64,000 nt of DNA from Candidatus Amphirhobacter heronislandensis. GTDB lineage: Bacteria > Pseudomonadota > Gammaproteobacteria > Tethybacterales > Tethybacteraceae. A program made the translations under genes and the position numbers. Each line of letters opens with the position of its first letter. Within the stretch, counting starts at the first letter, position 1. Of this stretch, positions 17,788 through 27,866 are shown in pieces. The stretch covers positions 9,316 through 73,315 of the forward strand of contig MEIE01000001.1 in the NCBI GenBank assembly GCA_001750625.1, given 5' to 3'. The notes below the pieces were generated by a model, which saw nothing but the letters and a program-made list of their open reading frames with translations, did no database searches and was not told the DNA's origin.

Positions 17788-18793
17788 AGCCCGCGCCGCG
17801 CTGCGCCACAGCCTGGCGGCCGCCTTGCCGCAGGGGGGCGAGGCCGCCGTGTGCTTTTCCGGCGGCCTGGATTCGACGGTGCTGCTGCATCTGGCCCGCG
17901 CGGCGGCGCCCGCCGGCGTCGCGCTGCGCGCCATCCACGTCAACCACGGCCTGCAGCCCGAGGCGGACGCGTGGGCCGCGCGCTGCCGCGCCACCGCCAG
18001 CGCCTGGGACATTCCCTGCGAGGTGGCGCGGGCGAAGGTCGCGGCCCGGCCGGCGGCGAGCCTGGAGAACCGCGCCCGCCAGGCGCGGCTGCGGATCTGG
18101 CGGCGCCAGTCCTGTCCGGTGCTGCTGATGGCGCACCATGCCGACGACCAGGCGGAGACGGTGCTGCTGCGCGCCCTGCGCGGCAGCGGCCCCCATGGCC
18201 TGGCGGCGATGCGGCCCAGCGCGCCGCTGCCGGGCGGCAGCCAGCTGCTGCTGCGGCCCTTGCTCGCCTGCGCGCGGCGGGAGCTGGAGGAGTACGCCCT
18301 GGCCGCCGGCCTCGACGGCGTCGCCGATCCCGCCAACCGCGACCTGCGCCACAACCGCAACTGGCTGCGGCACGAGCTGCTGCCGGCGCTCGAGCAGCGC
18401 TTCCCCGGGGCCGGAGCCGCGCTGCGCCGCAGCGCCGAGCTGGCCCGCGAAAGCGGCGCGCTGCTGGACGAACTGGCGGCGGCGGACGACGAAACGTGCC
18501 GCAGCGGCCCGGCGCGCTACAGCCGCGCCGCGCTGCGGCGGCTGGGCTGGCAGCGCGCCAAGAACTGGCTGCGCTGGAGCATCGTGCGCGCCGGACGGCA
18601 GCCGCCGCAGGCCGCCCACCTGGAGGAGGCGGCGCGGCAGCTGTGCTCGGCGAGCGCGGGCTTTGGGCAGCGTTTCGGGCCGCTGGAGCTGCAGGGAACG
18701 GGCCGTCACGTCAGCTGGCGGCCGGCGGCGGCCGGCCCTATTGGTAGAATCGCAGTCACGCGCAGCAAGAAGCAGAGCAAACAGGAAAGCTGA
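17768..18793 (+). CDS. tilS: tRNA(Ile)-lysidine synthetase TilS
   Basis: PP-loop SGGLDS motif. In the accA-tilS order, with a 20-nt overlap onto the accA end. Confidence 0.85.
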   Translation: MPKPLTEARAALRHSLAAALPQGGEAAVCFSGGLDSTVLLHLARAAAPAGVALRAIHVNHGLQPEADAWAARCRATASAWDIPCEVARAKVAARPAASLENRARQARLRIWRRQSCPVLLMAHHADDQAETVLLRALRGSGPHGLAAMRPSAPLPGGSQLLLRPLLACARRELEEYALAAGLDGVADPANRDLRHNRNWLRHELLPALEQRFPGAGAALRRSAELARESGALLDELAAADDETCRSGPARYSRAALRRLGWQRAKNWLRWSIVRAGRQPPQAAHLEEAARQLCSASAGFGQRFGPLELQGTGRHVSWRPAAAGPIGRIAVTRSKKQSKQES

Positions 18794-19452
18794 TGTCAGC
18801 CTTTGAGGGCTTCCTGTTCTATGCGTTTGGCGCGCTTCTGCTGGGCTCCGGCCTGGGAGTGATTTTCCTGCGCAATCCGGTCCATTGCGCGCTGCTGCTG
18901 GTCCTGTCGTTCGTCGCGGCGGCGGTGCTGTGGCTGCTGCTGGGCGCGGAGTTCCTCGCCTGGGTGCTCATCCTGGTCTACGTCGGCGCCGTGATGGTGC
19001 TGTTCCTGTTCGTCGTGATGATGCTCGACCTCAACCTCGACCGCCTGCGGGAGGGGTTTTGGCGCTATCTGCCGGTGGGCGTCGGCGTCATCCTGGTCCT
19101 CGGCGGCCAGCTGATGGCGATTTTCGCCACCGGGGTGTTCGAGGCGGAGCCGAAGTCGGCGCGGGTGGCCGAAGACTACAGCAGCGCGAAGGAACTGGGC
19201 GCGGTGCTGTACACCGACTACCTGCTGGCCTTCGAGATCGCGGCGGCGATCCTGCTGGTCGCGATCGTCGCGGCGATCGCCCTGACGATGCGGCGCCGGC
19301 CGGAGAACAAGCAGATCGAGCCGGACCGGCAGGTCGCGGTCAAGGCCGCCGACCGCCTGCGGATGGAGCAGATCAGCGTCGCGCCGCCGCCCGCCCCCGC
19401 CCCGCAGGAAGAGGGCGAGGACAAGCCCGCGCCAGCGGAGAACAAGCAATGA
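18793..19452 (+). CDS. nuoJ: NADH-quinone oxidoreductase subunit J
   Basis: 219 aa polytopic membrane protein with [13 protein letters not shown]...[17 protein letters not shown] (ND6 family). ATG overlaps the tilS stop (TGATG). Confidence 0.9.
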   Translation: MSAFEGFLFYAFGALLLGSGLGVIFLRNPVHCALLLVLSFVAAAVLWLLLGAEFLAWVLILVYVGAVMVLFLFVVMMLDLNLDRLREGFWRYLPVGVGVILVLGGQLMAIFATGVFEAEPKSARVAEDYSSAKELGAVLYTDYLLAFEIAAAILLVAIVAAIALTMRRRPENKQIEPDRQVAVKAADRLRMEQISVAPPPAPAPQEEGEDKPAPAENKQ

Positions 19453-19763
19453 CTCTCGCGCCCGGCCTCGCCCATTTCCTGGCGCTGGGCTCGTCCCTGT
19501 TCCTGATCGGGATCATGGGCGTGTTCCTCAACCGCAAGAACATCCTGATCGTGCTGATGTCGATCGAGCTGATGCTGCTGGCGGTCAACCTCAACTTCAT
19601 CGCGCTGGCGAGCTACCTGGACGACCTCGGCGGCGAGGTCTTCGTCTTTTTCATCCTGACGGTGGCCGCCGCCGAGTCCGCGATCGGCCTGGCGATCCTG
19701 GTCGCCGCCTTCCGGCTGCGGCGCTCGATCAACGTCGAGGACTGGAAAGGCCTGTCAGGCTGA
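19450..19763 (+). CDS. nuoK: NADH-quinone oxidoreductase subunit K
   Basis: 104 aa ND4L-like protein, [26 protein letters not shown]...[17 protein letters not shown]. Confidence 0.9.
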
Positions 19764-19767
19764 GCTG

Positions 19768-21720
19768 ATGGAAGGCTGGCTGCACTGGATCGTGCTCGCG
19801 CCGCTGCTGGCGGCGCTGGCCTGCGGCTTCGGCGGCAAGGCGCTGGGCCGCATGGGCGCGGCGGCGGTCGCGAACGCCGCGGTCGCGTTCTCCTTCGTGC
19901 TGTCGGCGCTCGTCGCCTGGGAGGTGTTCGCCGCGGACGCGACCTACGCCGTGACCTGGTACGAGTGGGCCCGCGGCGGCGGCCAGATCTTCGCGATCGG
20001 CTTTTTGGTCGACGGCCTGACAGCCACCATGCTGCTCGTGGTGACCTCGGTGTCGCTGATGGTCCACGTCTACACGATCGGCTACATGCACGACGATCCG
20101 GGCTTCCAGCGCTTCTTCTCCTACATCGCGCTGTTCACCTTCGCGATGCTGATGCTGGTGATGAGCGACAACTTCCTGCAGCTGTTCTTCGGCTGGGAGG
20201 CGGTTGGCCTGGTCTCCTACCTGCTCATCGGCTTTTGGTTCAAGAAGCCGACGGCCATCCACGCCAACCTCAAGGCCTTCTTGGTCAACCGGGTCGGCGA
20301 CTTCGGCTTTTTGATCGGCATCGGCCTGGTGCTGGCCTACTGCGGTTCTTTGGACTACGCCGAGGTCTTCGCGCGCCGCGAGGCGCTCGCCGGCGCCGAG
20401 GTCGAGCTGATTCCGGGCTTCGCCTGGGGCGCGGCGACCGTCGCCTGCGTCGCGCTGTTCATCGGGGCGATGGGCAAGTCGGCGCAGCTGCCGCTGCACG
20501 TCTGGCTGCCCGATTCGATGGAGGGCCCGACGCCGATCTCCGCGCTGATCCACGCCGCGACGATGGTCACCGCCGGCATCTTCATGGTCGCGCGGCTCGC
20601 GCCGCTGTTCGAGATGTCCCCGGCGGCGCTGGCCTTCATCCTCGTCATCGGCGCGCTGACGGCGTTTTCGATGGGCCTGCTGGGCCTGGTGCAGAACGAC
20701 ATCAAGCGGGTGGTGGCCTACTCGACGCTGTCGCAGCTGGGCTACATGACGGCGGCGCTGGGCGCCTCGGCGTACGGCGTCGCGATCTTCCACCTGACCA
20801 CGCACGCCTTTTTCAAGGCGCTGCTGTTCCTGGGCGCCGGCGCGGTGATCGTCGCGCTGCACCACGAGCAGGACATGCGGCGCATGGGCGGCCTGGTCCG
20901 GCGCATGCCGATCACGCACGCCGCGATGGTGGCGGGCTCGCTGGCGCTGTGCGGCATCCCGCCATTGGCCGGCTTCTTCTCCAAGGACCTGATCATCGAG
21001 GCGGTCCGGCTGCATGACGGCGCCGGCGCCGGCCTCGCCTACGTCCTGCTGCTGCTGGCGGCGGTCGCGACCTCGTTCTACTCCTTCCGCCTGCTGGCGG
21101 TGGTCTTTTACGGCGAGACCCGCATGGAAGCGAAGGACTACGGCCACGTCAAGGACTGCGCCTGGACGATCACCGTCCCGCTGGTGGTCCTCGCGGTGCT
21201 GTCGGTGGTCGCGGGCTTCGCGCTGATGACGCCGCTGTTGGGCGCGTCGTGGTTCACCGGCGCCGGGGAGGCGGTCGCGGCCTCGAGCCACGCGCCGGAG
21301 GTGGCGGCGGCCTATCCGAGTCCCTGGAGCCTGCTGGGCCACGCCTGGGCCTCGCCGGTGCTGTACCTGGCGGTCGCGGGGGTCGCGGCGCCGCTGTACC
21401 TGTACCTCAAGGCGCCGGACCTGCTGGCGAAGATCGCCGGCGGCATGGGGCCGCTGCGCAAGGTGCTCGAGCGCAAGTACGGCTTCGACGATTTCAACCA
21501 GCTGGTGTTCGCGAACGGCGCGCGCGGGCTGGGCCGCATGCTGTGGCGCGGCTTCGACGCCGCGGTGATCGACGGCTTCGTGGACGGCCTCGCGCGGACG
21601 GTCGCCGCAGGAGCGCGGCTGCTGCGCGGCGTCCAGACCGGCCGCATCTACCACTACGCCTTCGTCATGATCATCAGCATCGCCATCGTCCTGCCCTGGC
21701 TGATGCGCTCCGGCGGCTGA
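19768..21720 (+). CDS. nuoL: NADH-quinone oxidoreductase subunit L
   Basis: 650 aa ND5-family antiporter-like subunit. Confidence 0.9.
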   Translation: MEGWLHWIVLAPLLAALACGFGGKALGRMGAAAVANAAVAFSFVLSALVAWEVFAADATYAVTWYEWARGGGQIFAIGFLVDGLTATMLLVVTSVSLMVHVYTIGYMHDDPGFQRFFSYIALFTFAMLMLVMSDNFLQLFFGWEAVGLVSYLLIGFWFKKPTAIHANLKAFLVNRVGDFGFLIGIGLVLAYCGSLDYAEVFARREALAGAEVELIPGFAWGAATVACVALFIGAMGKSAQLPLHVWLPDSMEGPTPISALIHAATMVTAGIFMVARLAPLFEMSPAALAFILVIGALTAFSMGLLGLVQNDIKRVVAYSTLSQLGYMTAALGASAYGVAIFHLTTHAFFKALLFLGAGAVIVALHHEQDMRRMGGLVRRMPITHAAMVAGSLALCGIPPLAGFFSKDLIIEAVRLHDGAGAGLAYVLLLLAAVATSFYSFRLLAVVFYGETRMEAKDYGHVKDCAWTITVPLVVLAVLSVVAGFALMTPLLGASWFTGAGEAVAASSHAPEVAAAYPSPWSLLGHAWASPVLYLAVAGVAAPLYLYLKAPDLLAKIAGGMGPLRKVLERKYGFDDFNQLVFANGARGLGRMLWRGFDAAVIDGFVDGLARTVAAGARLLRGVQTGRIYHYAFVMIISIAIVLPWLMRSGG

Positions 21721-21727
21721 GGACGCG

Positions 21728-23191
21728 ATGCTGTCCCTGCTGATCTGGACGCCGATCTTCGGCGGCCTGGCGACGCTCTTGCTCGCCCGGGACGAGAGCG
21801 GCCTGGCGGCGGCGAAGTTCCTCGCGCTGCTGACCGCGCTGCTGACCTTCTGCATCAGCGTCCTGGCGCTGCTGCTGTTCAATCCCAACCTCGCCGGCAT
21901 GCAGCTGACGGTGGACATCCCCTGGATCACGGCGCTGGGCATCGATTACGCGCTCGGGGTCGACGGCATCGCGCTGGCGCTGATCGTCCTCAACTGCGCG
22001 GTGACCGCCTTGACGGTGCTCGCGGGCTGGAACGTCAAGCGGCAGCCCGGCTCCTACCTGGCCGCCTTCTTGCTGATGTGCGGCTTCGTCAACGGCGTGT
22101 TCAGCGCGACCGACGCCGCGCTGTTCTACGTGTTCTGGGAGGCGACCCTGATCCCGCTGTTTCTGGTCATCGGCGTGTGGGGCGGCGAGCGCCGGGTCTA
22201 CGCGGCGATCAAGTTCTTTTTGTACACCTTCTGCGGCTCGATCCTGATGCTGGTTGCCTTCATCTGGCTGTACGACTACCTCGGCAGCTTCGACATCCTG
22301 CTCATGCACCGCAGCTACATCCCGGCCGAGGCCCAGCCGTGGATCTTCTTCGCCTTTTTGGCCGCTTTCGCGGTCAAGATCCCGATGGTGCCGGTGCACA
22401 CCTGGCTGCCGGACGCGCACGTCGAGGCGCCGACCGGCGGCTCGATCATCCTGGCGGCGATCATGCTCAAGCTCGGCGGCTACGGCCTGCTGCGGCTGTC
22501 GCTGCCGATCGTCCCGGACGCGAGCGTGGAGTACGCCTGGCTGCTGGTGGCGCTGTCGCTGGTGGCGATCATCTACATCGGCCTGGTGGCGCTGGCGCAG
22601 ACCGACATGAAGAAGCTGGTGGCCTACTCGTCGGTCGCGCACATGGGCTTCGTCACGCTCGGGACCTTCATCTTCAGCGAGCTGGGCCTGACCGGCGCGG
22701 TCTACCAGATGATCTCGCACGGCTTCATCTCGGGCGCGATGTTCTTCTGCATCGGCGTCCTGTACGACCGGATGCACACGCGGAACATCGGCGACTACGG
22801 CGGCGTCGCGAACACGATGCCGCGCTACGCGACCCTGCTGCTTTTGTTCGCGATGGCGAACGCCGGCCTGCCGGGGACCAGCGGCTTCGTCGGCGAGTTC
22901 ATGGTGGTGCTGGCGGCGGTCAAGGCCAACCTGTGGTGGGGGATCCTGGCGGCGACCGCGCTGATCACGGGCGCGGCGTACTCGCTGTGGATGTACAAGC
23001 GGGCGATCTTCGGCGCGGTCGCGAACGACCGCGTGCGCGCGCTGAAGGACGTCGACGGCCGCGAGCTGACGGTGCTGGCCGCCTTTGCGGCGCTGGTGCT
23101 GCTGTTCGGCGTCTGGCCGCTGCCCATCACCAACCTGATCGACGTCAGCGTCGCCGAGATCGCGGCGCAGGTGGCGCGGGGGAAGCTGTAG
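21728..23191 (+). CDS. nuoM: NADH-quinone oxidoreductase subunit M
   Basis: 487 aa ND4-family subunit. Confidence 0.9.
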   Translation: MLSLLIWTPIFGGLATLLLARDESGLAAAKFLALLTALLTFCISVLALLLFNPNLAGMQLTVDIPWITALGIDYALGVDGIALALIVLNCAVTALTVLAGWNVKRQPGSYLAAFLLMCGFVNGVFSATDAALFYVFWEATLIPLFLVIGVWGGERRVYAAIKFFLYTFCGSILMLVAFIWLYDYLGSFDILLMHRSYIPAEAQPWIFFAFLAAFAVKIPMVPVHTWLPDAHVEAPTGGSIILAAIMLKLGGYGLLRLSLPIVPDASVEYAWLLVALSLVAIIYIGLVALAQTDMKKLVAYSSVAHMGFVTLGTFIFSELGLTGAVYQMISHGFISGAMFFCIGVLYDRMHTRNIGDYGGVANTMPRYATLLLLFAMANAGLPGTSGFVGEFMVVLAAVKANLWWGILAATALITGAAYSLWMYKRAIFGAVANDRVRALKDVDGRELTVLAAFAALVLLFGVWPLPITNLIDVSVAEIAAQVARGKL

Positions 23192-23194
23192 GCG

Positions 23195-24619
23195 ATGGCT
23201 GAGCTGAACCTGGGCGCGGCGGCGCCGGAACTGTTCCTGTTCCTGGGCGGCTGCGCGCTGCTGCTGCTGGCGACGACCCGCCTGTCCGGCCGGCTGCTGC
23301 TGCACGGCGCCAACCTCATCCTCGCGGGCGCGGCGCTGCTGCTGTGGCTGGCCTGGCCCGCCGAGATCGGCGCCGCCTTCAGCGGGCTGTACGAGGTCTC
23401 GGCGCTGACGGCGATGCTGCAGATGGGCATCCTGCTCGCGACCATCGGCGCGCTGAGCTACAGCGGCGACTACCTGGCCCAGCGCGGGATGCTGACCGGC
23501 GAGTACCTGGCGCTGGGACTGTTCGCGGCGACCGGCATGCTGCTGCTGGCGGCGGCGAGGCACCTGCTGGCGCTGTACCTGGGCCTGGAGCTGATGTCGC
23601 TGTCGCTGTACGCGATGATCGCGCTGCGGCGCGACGACGTCCGGGCGATCGAGGCGGCGCTGAAGTACTTCGTGCTGGGCGCGATCGCCTCGGGTCTGCT
23701 GCTGTACGGCATCTCGCTGGTGTATGCGGCGACGCTGCAGCTCGAGCTGCCGGCGGTCGCGGCGGCGGCGGCGGACGCCGAGGCGCGCGGGGTGCTGCTG
23801 GCGGGCCTGGCCTTCATCGTGGCGGGCGCGGCCTTCAAGCTGGGGGCGGCGCCGTTCCACATGTGGCTGCCCGACGTCTACGACGGCGCGCCGACGGCGG
23901 CGACGATGTTCATCGGCGGCGCGCCGAAGATCGCGGCCTACGCGCTGGCGATCCGGCTGCTGGCCGGCGGGCTGGAGCCGCTGGTCGAAGAGTGGAGCGG
24001 CCTGCTGGCGAGTCTGGCGGTGGCGTCGCTGGGCGTGGGCAACGTCATCGCGATCGCGCAGACCAGCGTCAAGCGCATGCTGGCGTACTCGGCGATCTCG
24101 CACATGGGCTTTCTGCTGACCGGCATCGTGGCGGGCTCGGAGGAGGGCTACGCGGCGGCGATGTTCTACGCCTTCGTCTACGCGCTGATGTCGATCGGCG
24201 GCTTCGGCATGCTGGCGCTGCTGTCGCGGGCGGACGCGGAGTTCGAGATGCTCGCGGACGTCAAGGGCCTGGCGAAGCGCAATCCGGCGGCGGCGGCGCT
24301 GACGCTCATCCTGATGCTGTCGATGGCGGGCATCCCGCCGCTGGCGGGCTTTTACGCCAAGCTGGCGGTGTGGTCGGCGGCGGTGGGCGCGGGCTGGACC
24401 TGGCTGGCGGTGGTGGCCGGCCTGTTCTCGGTGGTGGGCGCCTTCTACTACCTGCGGGTGGTCAAGCTGATGTACTTCGACGCGCCGGACGGCGACGCGC
24501 CAGCGGTGGCGCTGCGCGGCCCCTATCTGCTGCTCGCCGCCGCCAACGGCCTGCTCATCATCCTGCTCGGCCTGTTCCCGGGCGGCCTGCTGCGGGCCTG
24601 CCAGCTGGCCTTCGGCTAG
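23195..24619 (+). CDS. nuoN: NADH-quinone oxidoreductase subunit N
   Basis: 474 aa ND2-family subunit, last gene of the nuo block. Confidence 0.9.
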   Translation: MAELNLGAAAPELFLFLGGCALLLLATTRLSGRLLLHGANLILAGAALLLWLAWPAEIGAAFSGLYEVSALTAMLQMGILLATIGALSYSGDYLAQRGMLTGEYLALGLFAATGMLLLAAARHLLALYLGLELMSLSLYAMIALRRDDVRAIEAALKYFVLGAIASGLLLYGISLVYAATLQLELPAVAAAAADAEARGVLLAGLAFIVAGAAFKLGAAPFHMWLPDVYDGAPTAATMFIGGAPKIAAYALAIRLLAGGLEPLVEEWSGLLASLAVASLGVGNVIAIAQTSVKRMLAYSAISHMGFLLTGIVAGSEEGYAAAMFYAFVYALMSIGGFGMLALLSRADAEFEMLADVKGLAKRNPAAAALTLILMLSMAGIPPLAGFYAKLAVWSAAVGAGWTWLAVVAGLFSVVGAFYYLRVVKLMYFDAPDGDAPAVALRGPYLLLAAANGLLIILLGLFPGGLLRACQLAFG

Positions 24620-25177
24620 ATGGACCCGGACGCGCCCGACTTCACCGAGCGCCGCCTGCGCGGCGAAGTCATCCACGACGGCGGCTTCATCCGCCTCGAA
24701 AAGGACGCGGTGGCGCTGCCCGACGGCGCCGAAGCCAGCCGCTACGTGGTGCGGCACTGCGGCGCGGTGGCGATCGCCGCCCTGACGCCGGCCGGCGGCA
24801 TCGTGCTGGTGCGGCAGTACCGCTACCCGGTCGGCCGCCACATGCTGGAGATTCCGGCGGGCAAGCTCGAGGCGGGCGAGGAGCCGCTGGCCTGCGCCCA
24901 GCGCGAGCTGCTCGAGGAGACCGGCTACGGCGCGGCGAGCTGGGAATGGATCTGCGACTCGCACTCGAGCGTGGGCTTCACCGACGAGAAGCTGGGGATC
25001 TTCGTCGCCCGCGACGCCGAACGCCGGCAGGAGCCGGCGCCGGACGCTTCGGAGTTCGTCCAGCCAATCGAGCTCGCCTTCGACGAGGCGGTGGCGAAGG
25101 TGGCCAGCGGCGAAATCACCGAATCCAAGACCCAGCTGATCTTGATGTGGCTGGCGCGCGAGCGCGCCGCCGGCTGA
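24620..25177 (+). CDS. NUDIX hydrolase (ADP-ribose pyrophosphatase-like)
   Basis: Nudix box GKLEAGEEPLACAQRELLEETGY. Sits right after nuoN, as is common in Betaproteobacteria. Confidence 0.8.
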   Translation: MDPDAPDFTERRLRGEVIHDGGFIRLEKDAVALPDGAEASRYVVRHCGAVAIAALTPAGGIVLVRQYRYPVGRHMLEIPAGKLEAGEEPLACAQRELLEETGYGAASWEWICDSHSSVGFTDEKLGIFVARDAERRQEPAPDASEFVQPIELAFDEAVAKVASGEITESKTQLILMWLARERAAG

Positions 25178-25184
25178 GGCGCCG

Positions 25185-25994
25185 CTAGGCGTCGGGCTCC
25201 TCGCCGGCGAGCTCGGCGCCGCGCTGGCGGGCGGCTTCCATCGCGGCGGCGAGCGCCGGAGCGAAGCCCGCGGCCTCGAGGGTGTCGAGGGCGGCCTTGG
25301 TGGTCCCGCCCTTGGAAGTCACCTGCCGGCGCAGCTCGGCCGGATCAGCGCCGGGGCCGCCAGCCATCGCGGCGGCGCCGCTGACGGTGGCGACGGCGGC
25401 GGCGAGCGCGGCGTCGGCCTCGATGCCCATTTCGCGGGCGGTGCGGGCCATGGTCTCGATGAGCAGGTAGACGTAGGCGGGCCCCGAGCCCGACAGCGCG
25501 GTCGCGGCGTCCAGCAGCCGTTCGTCGTCGAGCCACAGCAGCAGGCCGGCGGCGGCGAAGATCTTCAGCGGGACCGCGGCGGCTTCGGCGGCGGCGGGAT
25601 CGGCGGCGCAGGCGAAGGTGCAGCCCTGGCCGGCGCGCAGGGGGGTGTTGGGCATGGTGCGGACGATGAGGCCGCCGCCGAGCCAGCCGCGCAGCCGCGC
25701 GATGGTGGTGCCGGCGGCGATGCTGATCACCGGCAGGCCATCCAGGTCGACGGCGGCGGCGAGGCCGGCGCAGGCCTGCGGCATGTCCTGGGGCTTGACG
25801 CACAGCAGGCAGGCGCCGAGGCCGGCCGGCAGGTCGGCGGGCGTGGCGCAGGCGGCGACGCCGTCCGCCGCCAGTTTTTCCCGCCGCGCGGCGAGGGGCT
25901 CGACGACGTGCACCGCCGTGATCTCGGGGACGCGCGCGGCGGCCTGCAGCAGGGCCGAGGCCATGACGCCGCCGCCGATGAAGGCGATCTTCAT
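25185..25994 (-). CDS. proC: Pyrroline-5-carboxylate reductase
   Basis: MKIAFIGGGVMASALL Rossmann N-terminus and C-terminal TSKGGTTKAAL dimerisation-domain motif. Confidence 0.85.
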   Translation of the reverse strand: MKIAFIGGGVMASALLQAAARVPEITAVHVVEPLAARREKLAADGVAACATPADLPAGLGACLLCVKPQDMPQACAGLAAAVDLDGLPVISIAAGTTIARLRGWLGGGLIVRTMPNTPLRAGQGCTFACAADPAAAEAAAVPLKIFAAAGLLLWLDDERLLDAATALSGSGPAYVYLLIETMARTAREMGIEADAALAAAVATVSGAAAMAGGPGADPAELRRQVTSKGGTTKAALDTLEAAGFAPALAAAMEAARQRGAELAGEEPDA

Positions 25995-26683
25995 GCGGGC
26001 CGCGGGCCGAAGAGGACGGTGCCGAGGCGGACCATGGTCGCGCCCTGGCGGACGGCCTGCTCGTAGTCGGCTGACATGCCCATGGAAAGCTCCTCCAGCT
26101 GGGGATGGGCGATTCTATGCTCGGCGCGCAGCGCCGCCAGCTCGCCGAAGCGCCGCCGCTGGCCGTCCGGGTCCAGGCCGGCTTCGGGCAGGCACATCAG
26201 CCCCCGGGCCTCGACGCCGTCGATGGCCGCGAGCTCGGCGAGCAGCTCGCCCAGCCCGGCGGGCGGGACGCCGGCCTTGGTCGCCTCGGCGCCGAGGTTG
26301 ACCTGGACGCAGCAGGGCATCGGGTCCAGGCCGGCGTCCAGCCGCGCCTGTCCCAGGCGGCGGGCGGTCTTGGCGCGGTCGATGCTGTGGACCCAGGAGA
26401 ACAGGCGGGCGGCGGCGGCGGCCTTGTTCGACTGCAGCGGCCCGAGCATGTGCCAGCGGCAGTCCAGGGCGGGCAGGGCGGCGTCCTTCGCCTGGGCCTC
26501 CTGCAGGTAGTTCTCGCCGAAATCCTTGATTCCGCAGCGGCTGGCGGCCGCGACCGCCCCGGCGCCGTGGCGCTTGGCGACCGCGATGAGGAGGGGAGAG
26601 GGGGCCGAATCGGGCCTGGCGGCGGCGATTTTCGCCCGCGCCTGCTCGATGCGGCGCTCGATGCGCTGCCCGTCGGCGTCCAT
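25991..26683 (-). CDS. yggS: YggS family pyridoxal phosphate homeostasis protein
   Basis: Alanine-racemase N-terminal-like fold, 230 aa. Conserved yggS-proC pairing with a 4-nt overlap. Confidence 0.8.
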   Translation of the reverse strand: MDADGQRIERRIEQARAKIAAARPDSAPSPLLIAVAKRHGAGAVAAASRCGIKDFGENYLQEAQAKDAALPALDCRWHMLGPLQSNKAAAAARLFSWVHSIDRAKTARRLGQARLDAGLDPMPCCVQVNLGAEATKAGVPPAGLGELLAELAAIDGVEARGLMCLPEAGLDPDGQRRRFGELAALRAEHRIAHPQLEELSMGMSADYEQAVRQGATMVRLGTVLFGPRPA

Positions 26684-26737
26684 GTCGCAGCGATTTTATA
26701 TAAAATTAGGCGAAGCCGCCCGATAGGAGAACCAATT

Positions 26738-27841
26738 ATGGCTGAAGGAAAAGAACTGCTCGACAACCTGCTGCGCTTCATTGTCGAGAACGACGCATCC
26801 GACCTGCACATATCCACCGGGCTCGAGCCGCGCATCCGCCAGCACGGCGAGATCGTCGAAATCGAATCGGGCGTGATCACGCCGGAGATCGCCGAGGGCC
26901 TCGGCCGGGCGCTGCTGCCCGACGATGAGCGCTGGAACGAGTTCATGAAGACCCACGAGGCCGACTTCTCGTACTCGATCCCCGACGTCGCCCGCTACCG
27001 GGTCAACATGTTCCGGCAGAACCGCGGCATCGGCATCGTCTTTCGGGTCATTCCCTCGGAGGTGCTGTCCCTCGAGACCCTGGGCGCGCCGCAGATCTTC
27101 ACCGACATGGTCCACAGCATCAAGTCCGGCGTCGTCCTCGTGACCGGCCCGACCGGCTCGGGCAAGTCGACCACGCTGGCGGCCATGATCAACGAGATCA
27201 ACGTCAACGCCAAGGAGCACATCCTCACCATCGAGGACCCGATCGAATTCGTCCACGCGCCCCAGCAGTCGCTGATCAACCAGCGCGAAGTCGGGGCGCA
27301 CACCCACAGCTTCGCGAACGCGCTCAAGGCCGCGCTGCGGGAGGACCCGGACGTCATCCTCGTCGGCGAGATGCGCGACCTCGAGACCATCCGGCTGGCG
27401 CTGACCGCGGCCGAGACGGGCCACTTGGTCTTCGGCACCCTGCACACTTCCTCGGCGGCCAAGACCATGGACCGGGTCATCGACGTGTTCCCGGCCAACG
27501 AGAAGGACATGGTCCGCGCGATGCTGTCCGAAAGCCTGCGGGCGGTCATCTCGCAGAAGCTGATGAAGAAGATGTCCGGCGGCCGGATCGCCTGCCATGA
27601 AATCCTGATCTCGACGCCGGCGATCCGGAACCTGATCCGGGAGAACAAGGTCGCGCAGATCTATTCGGCGCTGCAGACCGGCAAGAAGGACGGCATGCAG
27701 ACGATGGACGACGCCCTCGAGAAGCTGTGCAACGAGAAGGTCATCTTCCCCGAGGACGCTTACGCCAACTGCGTCAACAAGAAGAAATTCGCCGCCCTCG
27801 CGGGCATCTCGCTGCAGCAGGCGGCGGCCGAGCAGGAGTAA
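26738..27841 (+). CDS. pilT: Type IV pilus twitching motility ATPase PilT
   Basis: Walker A GPTGSGKSTT, Asp box, His box, and the pilT-specific AIRNLIRE motif. AGGAGA RBS 8 nt upstream. Divergent from yggS. Confidence 0.9.
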   Translation: MAEGKELLDNLLRFIVENDASDLHISTGLEPRIRQHGEIVEIESGVITPEIAEGLGRALLPDDERWNEFMKTHEADFSYSIPDVARYRVNMFRQNRGIGIVFRVIPSEVLSLETLGAPQIFTDMVHSIKSGVVLVTGPTGSGKSTTLAAMINEINVNAKEHILTIEDPIEFVHAPQQSLINQREVGAHTHSFANALKAALREDPDVILVGEMRDLETIRLALTAAETGHLVFGTLHTSSAAKTMDRVIDVFPANEKDMVRAMLSESLRAVISQKLMKKMSGGRIACHEILISTPAIRNLIRENKVAQIYSALQTGKKDGMQTMDDALEKLCNEKVIFPEDAYANCVNKKKFAALAGISLQQAAAEQE

Positions 27842-27866
27842 GCCCGCCCGCGGGTGGGCGCCCGCG

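Noticed and set aside
27842-27866. GC hairpin (CGCGGG-TGGGCG-CCCGCG) between convergent pilT and the MBL-hydrolase gene as a possible bidirectional terminator
   Set aside because: Short 6-bp stem with no flanking T/A tract on either strand. It is marginal as an intrinsic terminator, so it is not listed as a feature.
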